From assembly GCA_964409645.1 (NCBI GenBank), contig CAYPEK010000008.1:2355-66354 (forward strand): a stretch of 64,000 nt of DNA, in the 5' to 3' direction. Numbering within the stretch: the stretch's first letter is position 1; every line of letters begins with the position of its first letter. The stretch comes from an uncultured bacterium. Lineage in GTDB: Bacteria; UBP15; UBA6099. Shown here piece by piece: positions 18,100 to 26,432 of the stretch. A program made the position numbers and the translations under genes. The notes under the pieces are model-generated. The model worked only from the letters and a program-made list of their open reading frames with translations. It was not told where the DNA came from and searched no databases.

Positions 18100-19320
18100 T
18101 TATTTAACGAATTCCGGTGTGCATGAAGTGTGCTTCGGGTCGAGAGCGTAGTCGCGGCAGTACGGGTTGTTTGTCTTCTGGCAGCCGGGCAGTGTCGCCA
18201 TCCGTGCGTCGTACTCTGTCTGCCCGGAACCGGCGAAACCGTCCTTGCGTGAGCCGTCGTTCTTGTAAAGTGTGCAGTTCCAGCGGAGCACGGGTTTCGG
18301 ACCTTCGACGACTGCGGACTGCTCGCATGTCGTGTGGTCGTCGTCGAGCGAGTACTGGTCGCAGTACGGATTATTCGTCGATTTGCAGAGGTTGGATGCC
18401 CCGGCGCGGGCTGCATTCTCGGTGTCGCCTTCCGCCGTGAAACCGTCGCTGCGCGAACCGTCGTTTTTGTTCAGCTTGCAGCTCCATGTAACTTTCGCGT
18501 TCTGGGGGATTGAGCCGAAAGCCACCATTTCATCTCTCGGATTCTCTATCAGTTTTACGTCGCATTTAGTGTGTGCGGGGTCCATTGCGTAGTCGTTGCA
18601 GTACGGATTATTTGTGCCGCGGCAGCCGTTGATTGCGCCCTGCCGCGCTTCGTCGATCGTCGCTCCCGTGCCGGTGAAACCGTCCTTGCGCGATCCGTCG
18701 TTCTTGTTCAGGATGCAGCTCCAGTTGTATGAATAATCGATGTATCTGACTTTCACTTGATCCTGATAGTGATGGCCGCCGCCGTCGGGCATTCCGGGGC
18801 CGCCTTGGCCCGGCATCTGACCCGGTTGACCTTGCTGTGGACCGGTCATGCCGGGATGTGCGCTGTCGGCGAAACCGCCTTTTACCGGCCGCCTGACCGG
18901 GGGAAGCACTACCGCGAGGTCGCTCGATATTTTGTATCCTTTACCCTTCCACGAGTCCATTTCCTTGTCGATTGCTTTCGTGAGGTTGACCTTTGAACTA
19001 ATGGTTACGCTTTTGTATTTCGGGTCGCAGGAGCTTTCCGGCGCTTCGTCATATATCGCTATCGAGACCGCCGTGACGGATTTCTTCGTTCCCGTGGGCA
19101 CTTTTTCCACATTCAGCTCGACGTATGTTTCGTGAGCAGGCGCGTCGCAGCGGCTGTCGAGTGTATATGTAAAGTCTAACGTCTCGCCGTTGTAGTACAT
19201 TGTGTCGAGTGTGTCGATGTCCGTACGTGCCGGTTTCGCGGCGTCTCCTCTCAGAGGCAGCAGGAGCAGTCCCGCGACGGCGACCGCCGTGGTTATTGTG
19301 AGAAGTCTCTTAGTCTTCAT
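18100..19320 (-). CDS. Secreted protein with a Pro/Gly/Gln linker and three 54-aa four-Cys repeats
   Basis: Signal peptide, GGAGG RBS; repeats at 18562-18723, 18325-18486 and 18121-18282, each 162 nt. Confidence 0.8.
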   Translation of the reverse strand: MKTKRLLTITTAVAVAGLLLLPLRGDAAKPARTDIDTLDTMYYNGETLDFTYTLDSRCDAPAHETYVELNVEKVPTGTKKSVTAVSIAIYDEAPESSCDPKYKSVTISSKVNLTKAIDKEMDSWKGKGYKISSDLAVVLPPVRRPVKGGFADSAHPGMTGPQQGQPGQMPGQGGPGMPDGGGHHYQDQVKVRYIDYSYNWSCILNKNDGSRKDGFTGTGATIDEARQGAINGCRGTNNPYCNDYAMDPAHTKCDVKLIENPRDEMVAFGSIPQNAKVTWSCKLNKNDGSRSDGFTAEGDTENAARAGASNLCKSTNNPYCDQYSLDDDHTTCEQSAVVEGPKPVLRWNCTLYKNDGSRKDGFAGSGQTEYDARMATLPGCQKTNNPYCRDYALDPKHTSCTPEFVK

Positions 19321-19522
19321 CTTTTTTCCTCCGCAAAAAAAATCCCGGTAAAGAAATCTTTTACATATAAATTATGCAGCGTTTCCGTAAAAACTAACAC
19401 TATGCCGCCAAAATCGGGGGTGTGATCCGGCTCACGGTTTCGCCGCCGTCGAGATTTAGCTTGCGCGCCCGTTCGAGATAATATAATCTCTTTTTACAAA
19501 CGTATCTGTGAGGTTCTGGCGT

Positions 19523-20542
19523 ATGAAACGGATAATGATATTTGCGGCGGCGCTGATTCTTTGTATGGCGCTTCACGCGGCGGCGGCCGAGGTTTCGCCT
19601 TACGCGGTGCTGAATGTGGACCGCAACGAGAAGTCGGGCGAGGTAAAGCTCACGTTGACTGTTACGGGCGTGAAGCCCGGCGGCACGACGATCACGAAAA
19701 CGGCGCCGGACGGCGTCGCGAAATGGGACAAGTTCGACAAGTGGTACGAGGAGCTTTTCGGGATAACGTATCTTTCGGACGACTACGGGCGGCTGTGGAA
19801 GCAGCTCCATCAGAGGGGCACATCGTTCGCGAAGGAGTTCTTCGATGCGGAAATGCTCGAAGCGGTGAAGGGCGCTAAGCTGCTGGTGGTTGTGGATGCG
19901 GTGCGCCCGTTCCCGGCGGACGTTTTCCGGTTCGGCGACAAGTGGCTGTTCGAGATAGTGCCGATTGTCCACTCGACGAAGGCGGGCCCGAAGGATGTCG
20001 GCGACGACTACAAATATAAGACGGCGCTCGTGCTCGACTGTCAGGGCCCGAAGGACCGGGAAGGGGCGGAGGCTCCGGGCGTGGACGCGGTGATAGGCAA
20101 ACTTCCCGGCGTGCCGCACAAAATGATTCTGAGTCTGACCCCGGAAGTCACGGTGAAGAATCTCGAAGAGAATTCGGCGGATGTCCTTCATATCGCGACT
20201 CATGCGGAGCCGGACGAATTTTTCCCCGGCAGGGTGAAACCGGGCATCAAGGTGGAAAAGCTCGCCAAGCTGAAACTGCGCTACCACACGATACTCTCGA
20301 CGGGCTGCCTCACGGGCAACCCGCTGTTCGCGGGGGCCGCGCTGCACGACGATGTCAGGTTCGTGATCGCGTCGATGTATGTCACGTCGGGCAAGGATGG
20401 AATCAAAGTCGCCGACGTGTTCTACAAAGAGTTGTTTTCCGGCAAGACTCCGTTCGAGTCGTTCTACGAAGTGAAAAAACGGATCACCGGCCCGAAGCCG
20501 GACTTCCCGGATGTTCTCCGGTATGTGATTTATGTTAGGTGA
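19523..20542 (+). CDS. Secreted stand-alone CHAT-like (caspase-HetF) cysteine protease
   Basis: Signal peptide ending ALHAAAA; LHIATHA His motif and LSTGCLTG Cys motif (canonical LSAC); VIASMYVT and FYKELFSG match the CHAT C-terminal half. Confidence 0.7.
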   Translation: MKRIMIFAAALILCMALHAAAAEVSPYAVLNVDRNEKSGEVKLTLTVTGVKPGGTTITKTAPDGVAKWDKFDKWYEELFGITYLSDDYGRLWKQLHQRGTSFAKEFFDAEMLEAVKGAKLLVVVDAVRPFPADVFRFGDKWLFEIVPIVHSTKAGPKDVGDDYKYKTALVLDCQGPKDREGAEAPGVDAVIGKLPGVPHKMILSLTPEVTVKNLEENSADVLHIATHAEPDEFFPGRVKPGIKVEKLAKLKLRYHTILSTGCLTGNPLFAGAALHDDVRFVIASMYVTSGKDGIKVADVFYKELFSGKTPFESFYEVKKRITGPKPDFPDVLRYVIYVR

Positions 20543-20580
20543 CAATCGGCCGGATAAAATCTTTTCAGGAGGCTGACGAA

Positions 20581-21033
20581 ATGCTGAAATACAAACTTCT
20601 GCAACCGGAAATACTCGAAGCACTGGCGAGCGCGGGGCATAACTCGCGGGTGCTGATCGCGGACGGGAACTATCCGTTTTCGACGACGCTCGGACGCCGT
20701 GCGCGCGCGGTGTACCTCAATCTGATGCCGGGCGTTGTGACGACGCCGCAAGTGCTCGAAGCGCTCGTGAGCGCGATCCCGGTTCAGGGCGCGTTCGTGA
20801 TGCAGCCCGCGTCGAGCGGCCCATACGCGCTCCCCGGCGACCCGCCGGTATGGAACGAGTTTCGCGGCATCTTCAAGGACGCCGGAATCGCGGTCGAACT
20901 CGAGCAGCTCGACATCCCCGGCTTCTACGCCGCAGCGGCGGGCGACGACGTGGCGCTCACAATCGCCACCGGCGAGCAGCAGTGGTACGCGAACATCCTT
21001 CTCAGCATCGGTGCTGTGCCGAAAAAACAGTGA
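20581..21033 (+). CDS. RbsD/FucU family sugar mutarotase/pyranase
   Basis: LASAGHNSRVLIADGNYP, FYAAA and IATGEQQWYANILL motifs; AGGAGG RBS. Confidence 0.9.
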   Translation: MLKYKLLQPEILEALASAGHNSRVLIADGNYPFSTTLGRRARAVYLNLMPGVVTTPQVLEALVSAIPVQGAFVMQPASSGPYALPGDPPVWNEFRGIFKDAGIAVELEQLDIPGFYAAAAGDDVALTIATGEQQWYANILLSIGAVPKKQ

Positions 21034-21038
21034 CCAGC

Positions 21039-21307
21039 AGCGAGTAGCGAGGATAGAGGGAAAAGCAAAAGCAAGAATATAGAATATAGCAAAAGACAAA
21101 AAGCAAAAAACGGTAGATAGTAGAATGGTAGATTAGCAGATAGGGAAAAAGACAAATAGCAACATTTGCGTTATGTAGGGCGGGGTCACCGCACCCCGCC
21201 GGTCATTAATATAAGCCGCGCGCGTCAGCAAGCGGCAGAAAAAACCGCACGATGAGGTTGCAAAGATCAAGGTGTCGGAATTCGTAGGGGCACGTTGCAA
21301 CGTGCCC
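21039..21307 (+). repeat. Composite repeat: purine-rich heptamer tract + GTAG-type REP (family B) + family A + family C
   Basis: Heptads AGCGAGT AGCGAGG ATAGAGG GAAAAGC AAAAGCA AGAATAT AGAATAT...; GTAGGGCGGGGTCACCGCACCCCGCC (21175-21200); family A (21214-21235); GTAGGGGCACGTTGCAACGTGCCC (21284-21307). Confidence 0.8.
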
Positions 21308-21361
21308 TTGTTAATAGAAAAATTGACAATTCGCGCGAAGAACAACCGGAGGCGTCGCTGA

Positions 21362-22375
21362 ATGGAGAATCTGAGATTCGGCATCCTGTCCACCGCAAGC
21401 GTAAACGAGTATGCGTTCCTTCCCGAAATCAAGCGGGTGCCGTGCGCGGAACTCGTCGCGGTCGCGTCGCGCGATCTGAAGCGCGCGGCGGCTTACGCCG
21501 CGAAGCACGGCATACCGGAGGCGTTCGGCGATTACGAAACACTGCTCGCCCGGGACGACGTCGATTGCATCTACATCCCGCTGCCGGCTTCCATGCACGC
21601 GGAGTGGACAATCCGCGCGCTCGAAGCGGGCAAGCACGTGCTTTGCGAGAAACCGGCCACGGCGAACGCGGTGGAAGCCCGCGCGGTGGCCGCCAAGGTG
21701 AAGGAGACGGGCAGGATTTACGCGGAAGCGTTCCACTACCGCTACCACCCGCTCGCGGCGAAGATCGAGGAGATCGTCCGCTCCGGCGGGGTGGGGCAGG
21801 TGAAGCACATATTCGCGGTACACGGCGTGCCGTTGCTGGATCGCAAAAAAGTTCAGTTCAGGCCGGAACTTGCGGGCGGCGCGCTCCTCGATATCGGCTG
21901 CTATCCGGTCAACTTTGCCCGCTGGATCGCCGCGTGCGACGACGCGGAGGTGATCTCCGTACGCGCGGATGCGACGCGGTCGGGCGTGGACGGCACAATG
22001 CGCGCCAAGCTGCGTTTCGCGAACGGGATCGAGGCGTCGGTGACGGGCAGCCTCGTTAGGTACATGCCTATGTCGGCGCGTATCCGGGGCACGGAAGGCG
22101 AGCTTTACGTGCTCTCGCCGTTTACACCCGCGATGTACGCCGGGCCGGTCACGCTCGACTTGTACGCGATGATCCACCGGCGCGGGGCGAGAGTGCGCAA
22201 TATACGCGTTGAGACGAAAACGTCGTATTACTGCCAGCTCGAAGCGTTCTGCAACGCGGTACGGGACGGCGTACAGCCGCCGACCGGCGCGGACGAAGCT
22301 GTTGCTAATATGCAATTGATAGATGCGATATACGAAAAGGCGGGCATGAAAGCGGCCGCCGGGGCTACTTCCTGA
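21362..22375 (+). CDS. Gfo/Idh/MocA family oxidoreductase
   Basis: RFGILSTASVN N-terminus, GKHVLCEKP, AFHYRYHP and GGALLDIGCY motifs. Confidence 0.93.
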   Translation: MENLRFGILSTASVNEYAFLPEIKRVPCAELVAVASRDLKRAAAYAAKHGIPEAFGDYETLLARDDVDCIYIPLPASMHAEWTIRALEAGKHVLCEKPATANAVEARAVAAKVKETGRIYAEAFHYRYHPLAAKIEEIVRSGGVGQVKHIFAVHGVPLLDRKKVQFRPELAGGALLDIGCYPVNFARWIAACDDAEVISVRADATRSGVDGTMRAKLRFANGIEASVTGSLVRYMPMSARIRGTEGELYVLSPFTPAMYAGPVTLDLYAMIHRRGARVRNIRVETKTSYYCQLEAFCNAVRDGVQPPTGADEAVANMQLIDAIYEKAGMKAAAGATS

Positions 22376-23417
22376 ACGGCATCGGCATCCTGCCGCCCGG
22401 CCCTTGTTGAGCCGGTGTGACGACTATCGTGACTTTTCCCGAAACCGTTTTGATTTTTATGTCGGTTCCGCCCTTGCCGGACCGGAATATCTTCGCGCCG
22501 TCCTGACCGTCCTCGGTGCGCAGTCGCGCCACGCCGGTGTCGATCTCTCCCGTCGTTGTTTTCACCTCGAACGTAGCGTTGATGTCCTCCGGCACACGGA
22601 TTGTCACGCCTCCGCTCTTTGTCTCGAACGTCATGCTCTGCGCTGTTAGTTTCGATGCCTCGAAATCGATCCGGCCCGAGACGCTCACAGCCTGAACCGT
22701 CTCCGGGCAGCCGGATATCTCGATGTTGCCGGTTGTCGTCTTAGCTGAGACCGGCCCTTTTACGGATTTGACCTTTATTCCGCCCGAGACCGTTTCGGCG
22801 GTCACGGCGCCGTCGTATCTCGCCGCATCGATTGTGCCGCTCACCGTCTTGAGCCGGAGCTGAGTCGATGTCGGCGCGCGCAGTTCGTAATCGACGAACC
22901 CCGCCGGATGTGTGCCGCCGCTTTTAGGCAACTTGGTTGATACCTCGACTCTGTCCGACGGTGCGGAGATCGAGATCCCGACCCGCTGCGCTTCAAGCCG
23001 CGCTTCGTCTAAAGTGCGCCCGAATCCCGTCCGCAGCCCGCGGACCTGAAGCGCGTCCTTGTCTCCGGGCCGAGTGTAAATGCTTCCCGAAATTTCGCTC
23101 AGAATCAGCAGCCCGCCCTCGACATTCCACGAGACTTTCTGCTTGTCGGTATAGGTGTATCGCTGGAACTGAGGCTCGGTCTCCGGCGTGATCTTCACGA
23201 GCGATTTGTCTGCTTCGTCTCCTTTGCCGCCGGGTGGCGGGCCACCCTGTTTTCCGGGTGGGCTCCCGGAAGGCGGGCCGGACCCGGCATCCGCCGCCAC
23301 GGTTGCGCCGGACAACATGGCGACAAACAGCAACAGCAACGCCGCAAACGACAGCGCTTTCGATATTTTTGCGAGATGACTTCCGCGAATATTTTTTATG
23401 TCGAAAATTATTTTCAT
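22365..23417 (-). CDS. DUF4097 beta-strand-repeat (putative adhesin) exported protein
   Basis: Repeated (T/S)(V/T/K)(S/T)G.I units (TVSGTI, TVSGGI, TTTGNI, SVSGRI, TKSGGV, TTTGEI, TVSGKV); N-terminal hydrophobic segment and Pro/Gly linker. Confidence 0.85.
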   Translation of the reverse strand: MKIIFDIKNIRGSHLAKISKALSFAALLLLFVAMLSGATVAADAGSGPPSGSPPGKQGGPPPGGKGDEADKSLVKITPETEPQFQRYTYTDKQKVSWNVEGGLLILSEISGSIYTRPGDKDALQVRGLRTGFGRTLDEARLEAQRVGISISAPSDRVEVSTKLPKSGGTHPAGFVDYELRAPTSTQLRLKTVSGTIDAARYDGAVTAETVSGGIKVKSVKGPVSAKTTTGNIEISGCPETVQAVSVSGRIDFEASKLTAQSMTFETKSGGVTIRVPEDINATFEVKTTTGEIDTGVARLRTEDGQDGAKIFRSGKGGTDIKIKTVSGKVTIVVTPAQQGPGGRMPMPFRK

Positions 23418-23450
23418 TAATTTCTCTTCCGTACTATTACCTTTAGACAG

Positions 23451-26144
23451 CTATTTCTTCTTTTTCTTCCCGTTGGCTGCGGTTTCCTTTTTCGTTTCGA
23501 GCGCGTAGGAGGCGATTTCCCACGGCGAGAGCTTGTCCGGCACGCCGCCGGGCCTCACGCGAACCGCTTTGCCTTTGTCGTCCTCCGTCGCGTTGATCTT
23601 TTTGCACGACACGGTTTTGAGTCCCGCCGCGGAGAGTTTCACGGCCGCGCCGCGCCCGTGCGAGTCGTAGAACCTCGCCACCAGCCGGTCGCTCTTCTCG
23701 GCCTTCTTCAGTGCGACGAGCACCGCCGCAGGGTCCGCGCCGGTCTCGAAAAGTGTCGCGCGCCGCCCCAGCAGCCCGTTGCGTTTCGGAGATGCCACCA
23801 CTTCGACGGGTGTGTTGAACGCAAGCCCGACGGCGGGCAGGTCCGCCGCGCTCCAGTCGCCTTCGTGGGGAAGCACGGAATACGCGAACACGTGGTGGCC
23901 GCGCTCCCAGCAGTCCGCTTCGCGCATGAAATTCAGGAACGGAACGAGGTGGTCGGGAATGTTGATGCCTCGGTGCTCGTCCGGGCAGCCCTCGCTCGAC
24001 CACTCGCGCAGCACGATGCCGTGGTGTTTGTACAGCGCCCATTCGCTGTGCTGGAGGCCGCGCTTGAACAAGTCCGCCGCCTCGCGGGACGCCTTCGAGA
24101 TGTCCGCGTAATTCTTAATCAGATAGCGCAGATAGCCCGGGCCGAGCACGGACACGCTCCGGAACAAGATGAGGCCGAGCGAATCGCGTTCGGCGTCCAT
24201 TCCGGGGTTGCCCCGGTTGATCACCGCCAACCCGCGGCGGCCGTTCGAGATGTCCGCCCATGTCTGGGCGCACCAGTGGCCGGGCTCGCGCGGCTGCGAG
24301 TAGAACGGCGTCTCGAACACCGGTTTGCCGCTCCACGCCGGCGCGAACATCACCTTCACGCGCCGCTCCACGCCCTTGAAGTCTATTTCCGTCTCGAAAT
24401 CGACGCGCGGCGATCCCGCCGTCAGATACACGCGCCGAACGAGAGTCATTTCGTGGTGGCCGCCCCGTGCTTCGAGGCACGCGCGCAGCGGGCCGCTCTC
24501 GGCCACTCGCACTGTTGCGCGGTAGTTTTTCCCCTCCCACGTGCGCCCGGTTTTCATCACTGTCCACAGGTTGCCCGCGTCCTCTTCGACGACGATCTCG
24601 TTGCCCTGCCATTTAGACGTACCAAGCGTTTCGCAGCCCGCTTTTTTGTCGAAGATCGAGACGACGTTTCCCGTCCGGCGGTCGAGCTCGACGCGTACGA
24701 ATTCATTTTCCATCTTCAGGCCGGACACCGAAAGCGGCGGCGTCTTCGCCTTTGCCGGCGTTCCCTGTTTGATGTTGACAACGCCGAATCCGACGGGAGG
24801 CAGATCGACGCCGATCAGCAATTCATCTCCCGCGCGCTGGCAGGCGAGCGTTTCTCCGGCGGGGCCGGTGGCGACGAATTCGGTTGCGGTTTCGGCATCC
24901 TCGCCGGCCATTTCGACCGGCACCGAGATCAGTTCGTGCCGCGCGCGGTTGAGACTGTTGAACGCCACCACCGGCTCGCCCGCGCCTCGGGTGTCCGCGA
25001 GCGCCGCGAGCGCCATGCGCGCCCCGCCTCCGGCCTTGTCGATGTTATTAAACGCTATGTCGTAGCGGTTCATCGTCGCGCGATAAACCTTGTCCGTGCC
25101 GGTGCCGCAGATTATGTCGTGAAAATCGTTTTCGAGAATATTTTCCCACGCGGTGTCGAGTTCCCCGGCGGGATATTCGATCAGTCCGTTCGCCCACGCG
25201 AGCGCCGCCCATTTCTCCGCGTCGAGTATGCCGTACTGCGATTTGCGGCAGGCCTTTTTGACCTTCTCGCGGGATTCGTAGCAGCCGGTAAGCAGCGGGT
25301 TCAGTTCGGTCTTGATTACGGGCAGTTCGTCGAGGTCCGTCCCGCGCAGTTCGTCGAAAAAGCGTTCCGGCAGCGAGAACTCGATGTGCGGGTCCGCGCC
25401 TTTTTCGTTCCATTCGCGCACGAGCGGCATCCACTTCGCGAGCGGCACGCAGAAGTCGGTGCCGAACGGAAACATGAGGAAGTCCGTCTGTACGCGAGGC
25501 GTTTCGTATTCGATGCGGTTAAGCAACTCGTGTTTGAACGTGCGCGGCGTCAGTGTCTCCTCGGGCATCGGCGAGAAGCCGATGTAGTGGCCGGAGAACC
25601 AGTTGCAGAGGACGCGCGAACCGTCAGGCGATTCGAGGAAGAAGTGCTGCGGAGCTTTCGGGTCGCGCCAGTTCTGCACGCCGCGCGCGAACACGAACTG
25701 GTCGAGCCCTGCGCGAACGAGTATCTGTGGGAACTGGGCCGGGTGGCCGAACACGTCGATCTCCCACGCGGTTTTCACCTTGCCGCCCACCTCGTCTTCG
25801 AGGAACCGCTTGCCGTAGATGTACTGGCGTGCGAGCGCCTCGCCGGTGGGGATGTTCTCGTCCGGGGAGCAGAACGTGCCGCCGACGAGCTCGATTCGCC
25901 CTTCGGCAACCCATTTTCTTATTTTGTCGCGCACTTCGGGCTTCGCGATCCAGTACGGCCGCAGCCCGAGCGCCTGATCGATCACATAAGTGAATTCCGG
26001 GTGCTTGTCGAGAAGTTCGACCGCGCGGTCGAGGATGGCGGCCACGTCGGCGTTGTAGCCCGCCTCGGTTTTCCACCACTCGACGTCGTAATGGTAGTGC
26101 GGAACGGCGAAGATTTTTTTAATCCTGCTGTTTTTCGCGGCCAT
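23451..26144 (-). CDS. GH38 alpha-mannosidase
   Basis: HYHYDVEWW Zn motif, WEIDVFGH nucleophile region, NDFHDIICGT middle-domain motif. Start could be ATG 26186. Confidence 0.88.
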   Translation of the reverse strand: MAAKNSRIKKIFAVPHYHYDVEWWKTEAGYNADVAAILDRAVELLDKHPEFTYVIDQALGLRPYWIAKPEVRDKIRKWVAEGRIELVGGTFCSPDENIPTGEALARQYIYGKRFLEDEVGGKVKTAWEIDVFGHPAQFPQILVRAGLDQFVFARGVQNWRDPKAPQHFFLESPDGSRVLCNWFSGHYIGFSPMPEETLTPRTFKHELLNRIEYETPRVQTDFLMFPFGTDFCVPLAKWMPLVREWNEKGADPHIEFSLPERFFDELRGTDLDELPVIKTELNPLLTGCYESREKVKKACRKSQYGILDAEKWAALAWANGLIEYPAGELDTAWENILENDFHDIICGTGTDKVYRATMNRYDIAFNNIDKAGGGARMALAALADTRGAGEPVVAFNSLNRARHELISVPVEMAGEDAETATEFVATGPAGETLACQRAGDELLIGVDLPPVGFGVVNIKQGTPAKAKTPPLSVSGLKMENEFVRVELDRRTGNVVSIFDKKAGCETLGTSKWQGNEIVVEEDAGNLWTVMKTGRTWEGKNYRATVRVAESGPLRACLEARGGHHEMTLVRRVYLTAGSPRVDFETEIDFKGVERRVKVMFAPAWSGKPVFETPFYSQPREPGHWCAQTWADISNGRRGLAVINRGNPGMDAERDSLGLILFRSVSVLGPGYLRYLIKNYADISKASREAADLFKRGLQHSEWALYKHHGIVLREWSSEGCPDEHRGINIPDHLVPFLNFMREADCWERGHHVFAYSVLPHEGDWSAADLPAVGLAFNTPVEVVASPKRNGLLGRRATLFETGADPAAVLVALKKAEKSDRLVARFYDSHGRGAAVKLSAAGLKTVSCKKINATEDDKGKAVRVRPGGVPDKLSPWEIASYALETKKETAANGKKKKK

Positions 26145-26235
26145 CGCGAACCCCTTTCCGCGCCGCACGGCGGCGCCCGGACTCATTGCTAATCTTATTA
26201 TTTTAAATGTATTACGGCAATCTTTAGAAAAGAGT

Positions 26236-26360
26236 GGTGTCGGGCCGTGAATTGGGAATTGAGAAGTATCAGGAAAAAGCTTGTCAGCCTATATATAACT
26301 GAACGGCAAATAAATAACGATACTTTCAAAGTCTCAATTCCCGATTCACGGCCCGACACC
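26236..26360. repeat. 125-bp element with 29-bp terminal inverted repeats (MITE-like)
   Basis: GGTGTCGGGCCGTGAATTGGGAATTGAGA (26236-26264) and TCTCAATTCCCGATTCACGGCCCGACACC (26332-26360), 28/29 complementary, with an AT-rich core. Confidence 0.75.
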
Positions 26361-26432
26361 AAATTCTCCATTTGATGGCGATGCTCGTGTTATGATAGAA
26401 TGACGCACGGGAGACTTGATGCGGAATAAACG

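Noticed and set aside
22365-22375. 11-nt convergent 3' overlap of the Gfo/Idh/MocA and DUF4097 genes
   Set aside because: Short tail-to-tail overlaps are common and nothing suggests a regulatory role.
23658-26192. Long antisense or alternate-frame ORFs (e.g. 844 aa at 23658-26192, also 47864-49294, 28417-29673, 35715-37058, 44590-45945, 45674-47311)
   Set aside because: They fully overlap well-supported genes, are Arg/Ala/Pro-rich with no motifs, and are expected shadows of GC-rich codon usage.
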